A model generated the notes under the pieces. That model did no database searches. It worked only from the letters and a program-made list of their open reading frames with translations, and was not told the DNA's origin. Source: Pseudomonas sp. (GTDB taxonomy: Bacteria > Pseudomonadota > Gammaproteobacteria > Pseudomonadales > Pseudomonadaceae). Taken from it: 64,000 nucleotides of DNA. The position numbers and the translations under genes were made by a program. The DNA is taken from NCBI RefSeq assembly GCF_050282285.1, contig NZ_JBLZZJ010000013.1. One strand, written 5' to 3'. This document shows positions 62,976 through 64,000 of this stretch, piece after piece. Numbering within the stretch: the first letter of the stretch is position 1; every line of letters begins with the position of its first letter.

Positions 62976-63131
62976 TCCGAGGTGCTCCTTATTATTCTTG
63001 TGAGCAGTGCGGATGGAAGGTGAGCGGGGTTTTCCGCTGCCTATAGGGTAGTGCGTCCATCGCCGGGGGAAATTACCCCAAAGAGTGATTTCGTCGGAAA
63101 ACCAGCGCCAACGAATGACCGGGCTCGCCGG

Positions 63132-63938
63132 TCACTCGCTCGCGAGCTGTGAGGCGGCCAGTTTGCGCAGGTACTCGGCGCTGGCGGCGTCGGCGGGAAA
63201 GAAGGTTTCCAGGGCCAGTTCGGCCAGGGTCACGTCATTCGGCGTGCCGAAGACCGTGATGGTGCCGATCAGGCTGAGCACGCCCTCGTCCGTGCGGAAC
63301 TGCAGCGGCGTGAGCACGGCGTTGTGGTCGTACTCCTCCGCGTCGTCGGGGGCTGGGTAGGTCAGCAGTTCATCGAGCAGCGCCTGCAGTTGCTCGTCGC
63401 CGCTGATGGCGATGTCGTTGCGCAGGCGGGCCAGCAGGTGGGCACGCCAGTGCGCCAGGTTGACGATGCGCGGCGCCAGGCCCTCCGGGTGCAGCGACAC
63501 GCGCATCACATTCAGTGGCGGGCCCAGCAGGTGCGGGGCGACGCCGGCCAGGAACGGGCCGACCGAGGCATTGGCCGCCAGCAGGTTCCAGTGCCGGTCG
63601 ATGGTCATCGCCGGGTAGGGTTCGTGGACCTTGAGCAGTTGCTCGATGGCCTGGCGGGCGGCGCTCAGGGCGTCGTCGGTCAGGTCGTGCTGGCTGTACA
63701 GCGGCGCATAGCCCGCTGCGCCGAGCAGGCGGTTGCGCTCGCGCAGCGGGATGTCCAGTTGCTCGGCCAGGTGCAGCAGCATGTCGCGGCTGGGGTGCGA
63801 ACGGCCGGTCTCCACGAAGCTCAGGTGGCGCGTGGAGATATCGGCCTCGCAGGCGAGGTCGAGCTGGCTGAGGCGGCGCCGCTGGCGCCATTGGCGCAAC
63901 AGGGAGCCGGCGGTCTGGGAGTTGTTCATGGCCAACAC
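63132..63938 (-). CDS. XRE-family HTH regulator with an MmyB-like C-terminal domain
   Basis: The HTH reads LRQWRQRRRLSQLDLACEADISTRHLSFVETGRSHPSRDMLLHLAEQLDIPLRERN, followed by a ligand-binding-like domain of about 190 aa. The start is either 63938 or 63929. Confidence 0.8.
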   Translation of the reverse strand: MLAMNNSQTAGSLLRQWRQRRRLSQLDLACEADISTRHLSFVETGRSHPSRDMLLHLAEQLDIPLRERNRLLGAAGYAPLYSQHDLTDDALSAARQAIEQLLKVHEPYPAMTIDRHWNLLAANASVGPFLAGVAPHLLGPPLNVMRVSLHPEGLAPRIVNLAHWRAHLLARLRNDIAISGDEQLQALLDELLTYPAPDDAEEYDHNAVLTPLQFRTDEGVLSLIGTITVFGTPNDVTLAELALETFFPADAASAEYLRKLAASQLASE

Positions 63939-64000
63939 GATAGTCCGGCGGCGTCATGCCGGCCATTACCTGGCAGGTAATCGACGCACCTCGGCACGGG

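Overview
High-GC Pseudomonas-type chromosome segment. REP palindromes of the GTAGGAGCGGCTTCAGCCGCGAG type suggest the P. putida group, which is an inference. There are four blocks.

(1) 1-32.8 kb is an essentially complete second flagellar locus of the lateral / Flag-2 (laf) type. It contains flhB' (partial)-fliRQPNM on the minus strand, then lafK-like sigma-54 activator-fliEFGHIJ, flgMN, fliD-S-(T)-K-L-fliA-motAB. It also has a ToxR-like membrane regulator with a small partner, one flagellin, flgA, flgBCDEFGHIJKL and a flagellin-terminus (LafW-like) gene. There is no fliO, flhF/fleN or che gene. I could read two sigma-54 promoters, one canonical sigma-28 promoter and a thrice-repeated variant sigma-28-like motif. 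REP elements have colonised three intergenic gaps.

(2) 33-38.3 kb holds small accessory genes: a stand-alone PAS protein, a diflavin reductase, an ankyrin-repeat protein and two small hypotheticals.

(3) 38.6-43.2 kb is the most interesting part. It is a ~4.5 kb AT-rich islet at the 3' end of tRNA-Arg(CCG), bounded by a 15/16-nt direct repeat. It carries a two-gene operon encoding a classic AAA+ ATPase and a large cytoplasmic S8 subtilase. I read this as a candidate anti-phage/abortive-infection module, IetAS-like by domain composition. No integrase is present.

(4) 43.5-64 kb is core-type metabolism and signalling: gabDT, a 7TMR-DISM/PAS/GGDEF/EAL protein, a desaturase, AraC, an MCP, glutamylpolyamine synthetase/oxidase-like genes, a PhoD-like phosphatase, Crp/Fnr and an MmyB-like regulator. 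It is punctuated by two unusual long-unit tandem arrays of REP-like palindromes.

Many long ORFs in the track are antisense shadow ORFs of this GC-rich DNA and were discarded. All homology statements come from reading motifs by eye; no database search was possible.
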